Source: Octopus sinensis
Lineage: Eukaryota
DNA length: 64,000 nucleotides
Direction: 5' to 3'
Assembly (NCBI RefSeq): GCF_006345805.1
Contig: NC_043002.1
Coordinates: 88,226,001-88,290,000 of the forward strand
Part shown: piece after piece, positions 1 to 11,490 of the stretch
Numbering within the stretch: position 1 is the stretch's first letter
Layout of the letters: every line of letters begins with the position of its first letter
Position numbers and translations under genes: made by a program
The notes under the pieces: generated by a model
What the model saw: only the letters and a program-made list of their open reading frames with translations
Database searches by the model: none
What the model was told of the DNA's origin: nothing

Positions 1-105
1 GATTGGTCGGAGATCTGGACAGTACTCCCGTGTATGTATGCATGCACGCAGCTGTATATGCATGCACTAGCACTATGACCTGGCGTTGCCGGTTCATAGT
101 GCTAG
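1..105 (+). mobile_element. 3' end of a non-autonomous Helitron (same family as 57040-57399)
   Basis: Near-identical to 57295-57399; subterminal hairpin actatgac...ttcatagt followed by CTAG|T. Confidence 0.75.
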
Positions 106-170
106 TTGATATCAAAATTCTTTTTGTTCCAGTCTATTGCTCATAAATATCAAAATCTCTATTGTTCCAG

Positions 171-362
171 TCCATTGCATATGTCATACCAAACAAAGAA
201 AAGCAAGAAGAATTACTGACTCTTCTTCAACAATGTTCTGTTGGGCAGATGAATGTTCAACTGATCTACTTCCATATCTATCTCACCAAACATGTGGATG
301 AAGATATTTTACCTTTTATTGACAAAGATCTGTTTTTTTACATCGATGTTCTACGGTTAAAG
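171..362 (+). CDS. RGS-domain protein (RGS22/RGSL1-like), internal exon (192 nt, phase 0-0)
   Basis: ttccag acceptor and gtaagg donor; ...YFHIYLTKHVDEDILPFIDKDLFFYIDVLRLK resembles the start of an RGS box (DL.FY.EV.RFK). Confidence 0.8.
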
Positions 363-896
363 GTAAGGAGGGTCTCTTTTGTAACTACAGTAGTTTCTAA
401 AATCTAATCATTTCTTTCCACAGCTCATCTAATCCATACAGCTATTCTGTTCTTATACCATTGAGAGGTTAAGAAATATGGGTACAAGTCATGGTTGTTG
501 TAGTTTAAGACAACCACATGGTTGTAGGTTCAATCTCACAATATGGCAATCTCATTCCTTTAAACTCAAAATTACCTTTATCATATGAGTGGAATTTGAT
601 AGCAGCAAATTATGTGTAAGATCATTTCATATATCATCATCATCATTATCATCATCATCATTGCCATCATCATCAGCATCATTCAATGTCTACCTTCCGC
701 ACTAAAATGGATTGAACAATTTGACAAGATCCAGTGAGTCAGAAACCGCATTGAGCTCCAATGTCTGCTTTTTTCCATGACATTACCATATATGTACTAT
801 ATATGCATGTATGCATATATCGTAAGTATATAATAGTGTCATGGAAAAAGCAGATTGCACTGAATCCACTTATGTACATTTATACATACATACATG

Positions 897-945
<49 letters not shown>

Positions 946-1609
946 GGATGCAGTGTAATTATATGATTAAAAAAGTCACTTCACAACCTGAGTGCTCCCA
1001 GGTTCAATCTCACTCCATGGCCTCATGGGTAAATATTTTTTTATAGCCTCAAATTGGCCCATACATTGTGAGAGAAATTGCATAGACGAAAACTGTGCTG
1101 AAGCCAGTTGCATGGGCTGTATTTGTAATTCAGAGGTCTAGCCTTGTCACCCTGTCATACTAAATAAGCAGAGAATTCAATTCAAGGTATATCTGTGGAA
1201 TACTCAGTCACTTACTGCTAATTCAATGAACTGGTCATTCATTTGGTCAAACAACTGGATCCTCATTATTGAAACCAATTTATTTTATTCTACTTGTCTT
1301 GGCTTTCCTTGAGGCCTGAACTCCTTGCTTCAGTATTAAGGATGCCTTCATGATATATGGCTTGTCTTCGGTATAGTTTTAGCACTGGCAAAGCCCATCC
1401 ACTGTTAATTTCTTCAAGAAAGATAGACAGAACAGAAAGAAAATGAAGGAGAGAGAAAGAGAAGAATCTCCCCAACTGAGGTTTTATTTATCGGCCCCCC
1501 AATATGCAAGGTAAAGTTTGTTTCAACAGGATTTTAACTCAACGTACAGAGAACTAGAATGATAACTACAACGCAATCTATCAGAAACTTTAATGAGTTC
1601 ATTTATATA

Positions 1610-1815
1610 TACTCTTTACTCTTTTCAGTCATTTGACTGTGACCATGCTGGAGCACTGCCTATAGTCGAGCAAATCGACCCCAGGACTTATTCTTTGTAA
1701 GCCTAGTATTTATTCTATCGGTCTCTTTTGCTGAACCATTAAGTTACGGGGACGTAAACACAACAGCATCGGTTGTCAAGAGATGTTGGGGGGACAAACA
1801 CAGACACACAAACAT

Positions 1816-1874
<59 letters not shown>

Positions 1875-2039
1875 TACGACGGGCTTCTTTCAGTTTCCAT
1901 TTACCAAATCCACTCACAAGGCTTTGGTCGGCCTGAGGCTATAGTAGAAGACACTTGCCCAAGGTGCCATGCAATGGGACTGAACCCAGAACCATGTGGT
2001 TGGTAAGCAAGCTACTTACCACACAGCCACTCCTACACC
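1610..2039 (-). mobile_element. tRNA-derived SINE family B (CORE-like central CCTTGGGCAAG, internal CA/TA microsatellite)
   Basis: A-box TGGCTGTGTGG and B-box GGTTCAGTCCC head, (GAGTAAAA) tail; near-identical copies elsewhere in the window. Confidence 0.85.
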
Positions 2040-3122
2040 TATGTGTATATCTTTAATCAATATACGCTGACAAAGAACAAGAAGAAAATAAGTACTTTTC
2101 CAACAATGTTCCTTGCAATATTAGTTCTGTATCAAGTTAAAAACACTCCCTTATCATCATCCACTTAGCCCCCTTTCATGTTCCCCTTCAGTAACACCTT
2201 CCATCTGTATTCTCTCTTATAATACCTACCTATCCACTTACTTACATACATATGTTGGCGGCGGCAGCGTCATCGCAATCGTCTAACATCCACTTTTCCA
2301 TGCTTGCATGGGGTGGTTCGAATTTGTTGAAGCAGATTTTCTATGGGTGAATGCCCTTCATTTCACCAACCCTCACCTATTTCCAGGTAGGGTAATATTT
2401 CCCCATGACCAGACATGTTTTCACAGAAGATAAGAAATGAAGGACTGTTGGGACACGAAGTCAAAGCAAGGAGACAGTAGCACACACACACATGTCTCTT
2501 TGTCACACTCTAACCTTTCATCCTCTGACACAAGTTCCTCTCCTCAAATGAACCTGTCCCTCGCATAATTCCTTGTCTTTCAAGTTACTTGCTTATCCTG
2601 CCAGGGCTGGTGCCACATTAAAAGCATCCAGCTGTAAAAATCATGCCTGTGCTAGTCCCATGTAAAAAGCACTGTGTCCACTCTACGGAGTGGTTGGTGT
2701 TAGGAAGGGCATCCAGCCATAAAATCCCCACCAAAACAGACACAGTAGCCTAGGGTAGTTTTTCTACCTGACCAGCTCCTGCCACCTATCCTACCTATGC
2801 ATGCATGGAAGATGGATGTTAAATGATGATGATGAGGATATACATATGTATACACATACAACACACAGAGATATGTATAGGATGGGCTTCTTTCAGCTTT
2901 CATCTAGCAATTCCACTCACAAGGCTTTGGTCAGCCTCAGGCTATAATAGAAGACACTTATCTAAGGTTCCACACAGTGGGACTGAACCAGGGACCATGT
3001 GGCTGGGAAGCAAACTTCCTACCACACAACCACATCTTCCCTTACAAATATACATTTAAATTTTAAACTGTTTTCAATGAGATTTCTTTGTTCTTTTTCT
3101 GTTTTTATTATATTTAATAAAG

Positions 3123-3221
3123 GAAGCATACAAACGTGCAAATAATGAGAAGCTACTGAGAAAGAAGACTCTGAACATACTGGAATTTTATCTAGAATCT
3201 AAAACGCCACCAACTGTTTGT
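3123..3221 (+). CDS. RGS-domain protein exon (99 nt, phase 0-0)
   Basis: Pyrimidine tract plus ag, gtgagt donor; EAYKRANNEKLLRKKTLNILEFYLESKTPPTVC resembles the KK...I...FL.S..PP segment of RGS22/RGSL1. Confidence 0.82.
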
Positions 3222-4562
3222 GTGAGTTAAACAAAGATCCTTATTATATTTTTTTTTTAAATGTAAAAACTCAGAGACTCTCTCTCTCTGTTTCTCTCTT
3301 TTGTTACCAACCCACCTGCAACCACCCAAGTTCTGCGATACAAAATGTCTTATTCTAAAATGTTTATATATCTAAATTTAAATTTTCTATCAAAATTTCT
3401 TGTAAGAACTATTTACATAATTTTAGATTACCATCCTTGACGTTGGCTTTATAATGAACAAGTGACTTATTTTACTAAATTTCTCCAAATTTTTGATTAG
3501 TTTCATAATTAATTGAAGCATACAGATAAAGCGTTTGTTCAGAAATATGACAAGAAAAGTCATAAATGCCAAACTGGTAGAATCAAGAAAGAATTCAATA
3601 AAATACTCTGCAATATTTATTCTGCTTCCTTATGTCCTGGCTGCAAATCACACCAAATTAACTTTCCAAGTCCATTCAGAATCAATGAAATAAAGTAGCA
3701 ATAGAATCATTGGACAAGATGCCAAACACCATTTCTTCCAGCTCTCAGCATTCTGAGTTCAAATCCTGCCATGATCTACATATGTATATTTAATATCCAT
3801 TGTTCATTTTAACACCATCACATCCCTCTGGACTGCCTTTATTAGAATCCCCTCTGTTGTAAGCATTTGAGGCCAGGTCTCTGGTTTGAGAAGACCTTCC
3901 TTGTGTAGGTTTCATTTATGTGTGATATTTGCACTGGTTGGGTGCCTCACACATTTTCCTACAATGTTGTAGAAAGGAAAAATAGCAGGAACCCAAATCT
4001 CCGAACAAATAACAATAATAGTTTATTTTCACCGAAATAAACATTTCATCTCTGAACATTGATAGCGTGAATGCCAGGGGTAGGAAGCAGCAGAGTCGGT
4101 TTAAATCACAACTGTTGAAAACATTCTTCACAGCCAGCCAAGTCTGGTTTGCCTCTGCTCAGAGCTTTGTCTGGTCACGTCTTAATTCGTCAACAGCTGA
4201 AAGCTAAGAGCCTGAATAGCGGTAAAACCTAGCTGCTGCTGATTACTGAGCATGCACATAAGGGGACTTCCGGCAGGCCTACTGGAAGACACTAATCATT
4301 GCACATGCGCAGATGAACATCCCAAAATTGCGTCTAAAACCTGGCGTCACTACACTTGCTACCCACCAATCTTGGAAGTCTGAGAAAAAGACCATGGTAA
4401 CTTTCTACTGATATGTAAAAAAAAACCAGCAACAACAAAACACCTTTTAAATGAAAATGATTAATATTGATTTAATTTACTCAACTAATCCCTTCCCCTG
4501 AAATTGCTGGCCTCATGCCAATTATTTATAGGTAATAAATTGTCTATTTATTTCATTGTTAG

Positions 4563-4734
4563 ATTGATATTCCTAATGACATATACCAAAGAACAGTGGC
4601 GGAAGCACACCATTTTTTAACTGAGAGACAAACAAGTTGCCATATATTTGATGAAGCTCAGGCTCATATATTTAAAGAATTGTTAATGTTTTGGGTAAAC
4701 TTTCGGCGAACAGCTGACCTTGCTGAGGTTCAAG
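4563..4734 (+). CDS. RGS-domain protein exon (172 nt, phase 0-1)
   Basis: ttgttag acceptor and gtaagt donor; IDIPNDIYQRTVAEAHHFLTERQTSCHIFDEAQAHIFKELLMFWVNFRRTADLAEVQ contains the RGS C-terminal IDIP...FDEAQ..IF..L..FW..F pattern. Confidence 0.85.
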
Positions 4735-4835
4735 GTAAGTCACTACACTTTCACTGAGATCGATATAAGCTGAAACAAGGGAAAGAAAAGCAAAGACAGA
4801 CAGGCTTGTAAGAAAAGAGAGTAAAAGCTCATATA

Positions 4836-5345
4836 TCATCATCATCATTGTTTAACGTCTGCTTTCCATGCTAGCATGGGTTGGACAATTTGACTGAGGA
4901 CTGGCGAACCAGATGGCTGCACCAGGCTCCAATCTTGATCTGGCAGGGTTTCTACAGTTGGATGCCCTTCCTAACACCAACCACTCTGAGAGTGTAGTGG
5001 GTGCTTTTATGTGCCACCAGCACGAGGGCCAGTCTGGCGGGACTGGCAACAGCCACACTCAAAATGGTGTTTTTTACATGCCACCTGCACAGGAGTCAGT
5101 CCAGCGGCACTGGCAACAACCTCACTCGAATGTTTTGTTTACATGCCACGGGCACAAATGCCAGTGAGGTGATGCTGGTAACGATCACACCCAAATGGTG
5201 CTTTTTACGTGCCACCGGCACAGAGCCAGACAGCTGCTATGGCAGTGATCCTGCTCAGATGGAGCTGTTAGTGCTCCACTGACACGGATGCCAGTCATCA
5301 AATTTGGTTTAATTTCAAGTTCACTTGCCGCAACAGGTCTTTGCA
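4836..5345 (-). mobile_element. Family C retroelement 3' end ((GAT)n tail, RTE-like) with ~60-nt internal tandem units
   Basis: catcatc-gtttaacgtc-gctttccatgctagcatggg...ggatgcccttcctaac core followed by repeated gtgccaccggcac units. Confidence 0.8.
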
Positions 5346-5557
5346 AGCAATATATATATGAGTGTTAGTGTGAATTACAGAGTGTATATGTGTGTGTATG
5401 TGAGATGATGATGGTAGTGCTGGTGCAGATGGGGATGTTGACTATCATTAAGATGTGGATGAAGACTGTAGTCATGATGATAATCTTTATTCTATTTTTC
5501 TACAATAACTGAAGAATTCCCTTGTCTCATATATATATATTATTTTATATTGTTTAG

Positions 5558-5658
5558 AGGAGAGCAAACCCCAGGAGACCATAACACGTCAGAGCTCAAC
5601 CCAAACAGAGTCACCTTTTGCCAAAGAAATAATTCTCCCATCTATACACAAAGGAACA
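5558..5658 (+). CDS. RGS-domain protein, post-RGS exon (101 nt, phase 1-0)
   Basis: tgtttag acceptor and gtaagg donor, open and phase-compatible with the preceding exon; (E)ESKPQETITRQSSTQTESPFAKEIILPSIHKGT. No family motif recognised. Confidence 0.65.
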
Positions 5659-5708
5659 GTAAGGGTTCTCAGTTATAGTTTATCTGAAGGAGTTAAATGG
5701 CGGGTAAG

Positions 5709-5745
<37 letters not shown>

Positions 5746-5782
5746 GCTACTGCTGCTAGCAGTAATAATAATAATGATGATG
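5709..5782. repeat. (ACT)n/(GCT)/(AAT)n compound microsatellite
   Basis: Direct reading. Confidence 0.9.
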
Positions 5783-5784
5783 AT

Positions 5785-6247
5785 TTCAGATTTTGGCACA
5801 AGACCAGCAATTTCAGAGGTGGTTTCAAGTTGCTTCCATCGACCACAGTACACAATTGGCACTTAATTTATCAACCCCAGAAGGATGAAAGGCAAAGTCA
5901 ACCTTGGTGGAATTAGAACTCAGAATGTAAAGATGGATGAAATGCTGCCGCGCATTTTTACCCTGCATGCTAACGATTCTGCCAGCTTACCACCATAATA
6001 ATAATAATAATAATAATAATAATAGTAATAATGATGGTTTCTGATTTAGGCACAAGGCCAGTAATTTTGAGGGGTGGATTAAGTTGATACCATTGTCCCC
6101 AGTACTTGACTGGTACTTTATATTGACCTTAAAAGGATGAAAGTCAAAGTTAATTTCAGCAGAATTTGAACTCAGAATGTATAGAATTGGAAGAAATACT
6201 GCATAGCATTTTCTCTGAAACTGAAATGATTCTGCCAGCTCACAACC
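5785..6247 (-). mobile_element. Two tandem tRNA-derived SINE family A copies (5785-5993, 6036-6247) separated by (ATA)n
   Basis: Reverse-strand A-box TGGCAGAATCG and B-box GAGTTCAAATTC, body GGTCAACTTTGCCTTTCATCC. Confidence 0.8.
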
Positions 6248-6250
6248 CTT

Positions 6251-6269
6251 TAATAATGATAATAATAAT

Positions 6270-6306
<37 letters not shown>

Positions 6307-6358
6307 GTAATAATAATAATAATAATAAAAAACAACAACAACAACAACAACAACAACA
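6251..6358. repeat. (ATA)n(AAC)n microsatellite
   Basis: Direct reading. Confidence 0.95.
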
Positions 6359-6361
6359 AAT

Positions 6362-6590
6362 GACAATCTGAAGTGGGGAATACACAGATTGTGGGCAATG
6401 AAAAGAATGGACATGATACCAATAGTAATTGACATGCTTGGAAGTAGCGATACCTAACTAGTAATGTGGCTCAAAAAGATTGGTGCAAATGTAAATATAG
6501 AATACCTATAAAAATCATTAATGCTTGGAACTGCACGAGTCCTCCACAGGGTTCTTGAAGCATGATCAGTAAATAAGTGTCACCTTAGTC
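6362..6590 (+). mobile_element. 3' fragment of an R4/Dong-like non-LTR retrotransposon (restriction-like endonuclease C-terminus)
   Basis: Decayed DNLKWGIHRLWAMKRMDMIPIVIDMLG...WLKKIG...L*KSLMLGTARVLHRVLEA* matches the ..LW....VPIVIGALG...LQK..LLGTARILR.VL ending; it abuts an (ATA)n(AAC)n array. Confidence 0.7.
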
Positions 6591-6595
6591 TACAA

Positions 6596-7549
6596 CAGGG
6601 ATCACCAAACTACAGCCCTCAGGCTGGATCAGGCCTGCAAGGTCAGTTCACCCAGTCTGCCACTGCTCTGTACCTTTGCGTAAGTACCTGCATTTGTTGC
6701 TGGTATGGCATCAGTGTTTGGAACAACGGATCTTTTCGGTTTGAACGGCAGTTTTTAACATAATTTCTAGGTAACTAAAAAATTTTTTAATTTGTATACT
6801 GGTAGAATGTGTTTATAAAACATCTTTTTCTCTTGGCTTTATTGAGAAAATTCTATAGTTTGTAAGATATTTGTTGCTTTTTTTCTTCAATTTCTGCAAT
6901 TTCAACCAATCAGTGACATCTATTGAGGTAAAAAACATTCTGTGCCCTATGAATATGTCCCTCATTTATGAAACAGATTGGGTTTATTTACATTTGTGAA
7001 GAAAAAAAAGATACCCTTCCCCCCAACCCTAACCCTAACCCTAAAACAGATTGAAATGCAATAGATCAATACTAGGGTCATAATTATGGGTGACAATTTC
7101 ATATGACACCGCTAGAAAAAGCTGCCGTTCAAACCAAAAAGATCCGGAACAACTTATGTCTGTGAGCAAACATTTTCAAAAATGAATTATGTGAAGTCAG
7201 CACATCGAATGAGGTTGACTGAGAAACATTTGAAAGCAATTCTCTTGGCTGGATGCAGCAATTCCAAAGCAAATATTGATGACATCTTAGCTAAGCACCA
7301 GTTTCATAAATCTCATCAAACTTTTTTTGCTGCTTAGTTTGTGAGATTTGGATATGTGTGCACTGGGTGTGATATAACTATCCTATTGCTAACATTGCCT
7401 ACTTTGATAACTTTTGGGTAAATAAATATGTTGGTTGTCTTTATTTTTTGTGTATTCACGATATTGTAATAAACAAAATAGTTATGCGACCCACACTCAT
7501 CATTCTCTCAGTTATTTGGCCCACCGTTAAAACAGTTTGGTGTCCCCTG
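6596..7549 (+). mobile_element. Internally deleted hAT (Charlie-like) DNA transposon
   Basis: TIRs CAGGG(A/G)(T/A)CACCAAACT, 8-bp TSD GTCTACAA/GTCTATAA, and a hAT dimerisation-domain remnant GMASVFGTT|YVCEQTFSKMNYVKSAHRMRLTEKHLKAILL...SH. Confidence 0.85.
6728..7145 (+). mobile_element. 418-bp MITE (GGATC-terminal TIR family), copy 1, nested in the hAT element
   Basis: ~29-bp TIR GGATCTTTTCGGTTTGAACGGCAGTTTTT, perfect 8-bp TSD GGAACAAC, internal (TAACCC)n at 7021-7044. Confidence 0.9.
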
Positions 7550-7782
7550 GTCTATAAGGCTGTGGACAGTTGACACTTTCCATCATACCAAGCAAAATAA
7601 GCTGAGAGTTTTTCATCAAAGTCAGCAGGCTTTCTCTTGGCTAAACATTGATAGATTGAGGAGGAAAGACTTTCATGCATGAGTAACTACCAGTTTTCCT
7701 CAAAAACTTTTGCCCAAGATTTTGCATACATGTGCAGAGATATAATGATATTTGACCAACAGAGGTTCTATATCTGTTTCTA

Positions 7783-8012
7783 AGGCGGCAAGCTGGCAGA
7801 GACGTTAGCACGCCGGGCGAAGTGCTTCGCGGTATTTCACCTGTCACTACGTTCTGAGTTCAAATTCCGCCGAGGTTGACTTTGCCTTTCATCCTTTCAG
7901 GGTCAATTAAATAAGTACCAGTTACGCACTGGGGCCGATTTAATCGACTTAATCCGTTTGTCTGTCCTTGTTTGTCCCCTCTATGTTTAGCCCCTTGTGG
8001 GTAGTAAAAGAA
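7783..8012 (+). mobile_element. SINE family A copy
   Basis: ggcggcaagctggcagagacgttagcacgccgggcg...gagttcaaattccgccgagg head. Confidence 0.88.
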
Positions 8013-8096
8013 ACATATGTCCGTTTCTTTACAGAGCTGGTGTTATAACAAAGCCAGCATCTTTATTGGTTTATTTATACTTTGTTATTTATATAG

Positions 8097-8127
8097 TTTT
8101 CTTTAACAGATGCTTCATATAGGCAAG
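8097..8127 (+). CDS. Candidate micro-exon of the RGS gene (31 nt from 8097 or 18 nt from 8110)
   Basis: Long T-rich tract, two AGs (8095-8096 and 8108-8109) and AAG|gtatca donor; encodes FSLTDASYRQ or MLHIGK. Confidence 0.35.
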
Positions 8128-8139
8128 GTATCAGTTACC

Positions 8140-8700
8140 TTCCTTTACTGGTTTCAGTCATTGGACAGCAGCCATGCTGGGACACTGACTTGATAGATTT
8201 ATACAAACAAGTTAACATTAGTATTTATTGTATCAGTCACTTTTGCCAAATTGCTAAACCAAGACCAGTTGTCAAGTAGTGGTGAAGACAAACATAAACA
8301 GAAACATACATGCGTGCACACACACACACATACACACACTCACTCACTCACTCACTCATTCACTCACTCACTCTCATACACACACACACACACTCACTCA
8401 CTCACGCTTTCACCCACCCACTCACACACCCACTCACTCACTCTCACACACACACACACACTCACTCACTCACGCTTTCACCCACCCACTCACACACACA
8501 CTCACTCACTCACCCACTCACGCACAAACACACACACAAACACACACATACACACACACACATGCATGATGAGCTTCCACGCAATTTCCATCTACCAAAT
8601 TCACTCAAAAGGCATTGCTCAGTCTGAGATTATAGTAGAAAACTCAAATGCTCAAAATGCTGTGCAGTGGGACTGAACATGAAAACATATGGTTGCAAAA
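8140..8700 (-). mobile_element. Degenerate SINE family B copy with expanded (CACT)n/(CA)n core
   Basis: Family tail at 8140-8290, head at 8570-8700, about 250 bp of simple repeat between. Confidence 0.65.
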
Positions 8701-8841
8701 CAAGCTTCTTACTACTTGGCGCAGGGGAAAATATTTTTGAATGTTAAATTCTGGCAATCAACTATGATAAGTTTTTCTCCATATATACCATTAAGATATC
8801 TGTCTTTGCCTTAATTAGCTTCTGTTTGTATTTGTCTGTAG

Positions 8842-8925
8842 CCAATATCATCACTACATCAATTTTTGCCAATGGAGATTCCTCAAAGGAAAAGTATTAA
8901 TTCTTAGAACTGCATTCATTTATAG
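8842..8925 (+). CDS. Candidate 84-nt exon near the 3' end of the RGS gene
   Basis: tttgtctgtag acceptor and AG|gtgagt donor; the reading frame depends on the upstream exon. Confidence 0.35.
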
Positions 8926-9444
8926 GTGAGTAACTATGATATTTTTTTTTTTTTTTTTTTTATTGGTTTCATTCAGTAGACTGGCCATACACTACCTTCA
9001 AAAGATTGATAACTGATCATTAGTTACTTCATTACGGTACCTAGTGTATCAATATATATTCATCGAAAGTTGCCCTTTTTGCATTAACAGAATACAATTT
9101 GAAACACAGGTATACTTCAGTAAACATAAATACAAACACACATACATATACTTACACAAACACACACACACACACACACACACACAATTTTAGCCTAGTG
9201 GTTAGGGTGATGAACTCACATTCACAATGCCATGAGTTCAATTACTGAATCAGGAGATGCATTGAACCAATGATCAAGGCACTTGATTTTTTTCCCCCAA
9301 TCATTCTTTTAAGACACCTTAAACTTTTATTTCCTGACCATGTTGTTTAAAACAGATTTATCCAATCGGTCAAAGTGACATTGTGAGAAAGAAATAAGAC
9401 ACTGTTTGTACTGAACACAAGTGTTACATTGTCACTCAACAAAT

Positions 9445-9870
9445 CATCATCATCGTTTAATCATCATCATTTAACGTCCGCTTTCCATGCTAGCATGGGT
9501 TGGACGTATGACTGAGGGCTGACGAACCAGATGGCTGCACCAGGCTTCAATCTTGATCTGGCAGAGTTTCTATAGCTGGATGCCCTTCCTAATGCCAACC
9601 ACTCCAAGAGTGTAGTAGGTGCTTTTATGTGCCACCGGTATAGGGCCAATCTGGCAGCACTGGCAACGATCTCACTCAAATCTTTTACACATGCCACAGG
9701 CACAGGTGCCAGTAAGGCGGTGCTGGTAACGATCCCGCTCAAATGGTGTTTTTTACGTGCCACCGGCATGGAAGCCAGATAGCCGCTCTAGCAACAATCA
9801 CACTCGGATGGTGCTCTTAATACCCTACTAGCACGGGGCTCGAGTGCCAGTAGTGTGACGCTGGTACCAA
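9445..9870 (-). mobile_element. Family C copy
   Basis: Same core, about 4 tandem units. Confidence 0.8.
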
Positions 9871-10282
9871 AATGCATAAACATTAACTATGTTGTTGAAT
9901 GAATACTTTAACAAAGCCGCGGGAAAGAAGTATTCACACGATGCACTATGATTACTGTTACACAAGACTCAATGCTTGCTATCAACGGCTCACAGTCAAC
10001 TGCTCACAATCAATTGCTCCTGTCAACTTGACAGTTCTTTACTTTATTGAAATGCATCAGTCTGCTTTTAGTCACATGTCGGTGGTTGGAATCCTTCCAC
10101 AACAATTCTTTGTAGCACTGAGTGTAAATCCTTTCTTGGGAAATGGTTGAGAGAGATTTGGTCTCTGCTAAACTGACTTTAGCTTAGATGCATTTCCTAA
10201 AGATGAAGTCTTCTAGCATTATTCTCATGATTCTCTAGATTATGGTTAATTTAATTATAAAGGGGAGAGAGTCCTGTATCAT

Positions 10283-10580
10283 CATCATCATCGTTTAGCA
10301 TCCGCTTTCCATGCTAGCATGGGTTGGACGGTTCAACTGGGGTCTGGGAAGCCAGAAGGCTGCACCAGGCTTCAATCTTGATCTGGCAGAGTTTCTACAG
10401 CTGGATGCCCTTCCTAACGCCAACCACTCCGTGAGTGTAGTGGGTGCTTTTTACCTGCCACCGGCACAGGTGCCAGACGAGGCTGGCAAACGGCCACGAT
10501 CGGATGGTGCTTTTTATGTGCCACCAGCACGGGGGCCAGGCGAGGCTGGCAACAGCCACGATCGGATGGTGCTTTTTACG
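10283..10580 (-). mobile_element. Family C copy
   Basis: Same core, 2-3 units. Confidence 0.8.
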
Positions 10581-11490
10581 GTGGGTTTGATTTTTGCAAA
10601 CCATTCAACATCAGAAATAATGACCATGCAGTTAAACTAGGAACAAATATTGGGGTGAGCTAACGTTGCATTAGGCTTCCTCGGTGGAAGTTTAGTCATC
10701 ACCTTTATTTGTTGCCCCTGTAGCAGATAATTTACTATACAGCATCTCATGGCACTAAAAAATTACATAAATACATGATTTAAACATAAAATAGCACAAA
10801 TCACATATTTACATACAAAAATGTCGATTTGATTATATCTAGCATTTTCAACATCAACAGTAGATTTGGCATGCATTATTTATCATCATTATTATCCTCG
10901 TTCTTTTGCATCTGTTTTCCATCCTCACTTGAGTTGAATGTATTGCCACAGTTGGGTCAACAGTCAGGTATACTATCTAACTACGTGGGCTGCAGGACTG
11001 TGTCTCACATACAGGTTCCATTTTTGGTTTCATTTCTACAGCTGGATGCTTTTCCTAACACCAATCACTTTACAGAGTGTTCAGGTGGCTTTTATTGTGA
11101 AATCAGCACAAGAAAGATACCATGTCCTCAGTAAGACTAAAGGGTCCTTACTACCTTACTCTTTACTGGGTGGTGTGATTTTCATGCTATAAGCAATATG
11201 GCTGAACAGACTTCATAACCCTTGTGCTTGCAAACATCTTTACAGAGTGAGATACATTAATGATAGAAGTATGAAAGACAGAAACATGACTGAGAGTGAT
11301 AAGTAATAAGAAGGATGTGTGACAGGGTGAGAGGCAAGTGATGAAGAGGATGAGCGTTAGGGGTCCAAATATATGATTTAAAACTCTCTCACTGCTTATT
11401 TTATTGATATTGTTTATTTCTTTTTCTGCCAATAAAAATGTTATTGAGTCAACATTTTGTATGTTGTACTTTTTTTTTTTATATTTCCAG

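Noticed and set aside
1290-1475. Minus-strand ORF ending EINSGWALPVLKLYRRQAIYHEG...QDK* as a terminal exon
   Set aside because: Weak acceptor, no upstream partner and no recognisable homology; antisense within an RGS-gene intron.
7021-7044. Chromosome end or telomere healing site
   Set aside because: Only about 3 units, at the same position inside all three MITE copies.
7783-7880. tRNA gene (also the other A-box/B-box heads)
   Set aside because: These are tRNA-derived SINE heads continuing into shared SINE bodies, with no complete cloverleaf.
8251-8676. His/Thr-rich or Tyr/Ile-rich ORFs (also 44425-45923, 48110-48377, 59082-59346 and others)
   Set aside because: Translations of CA/TA/CACT microsatellites.
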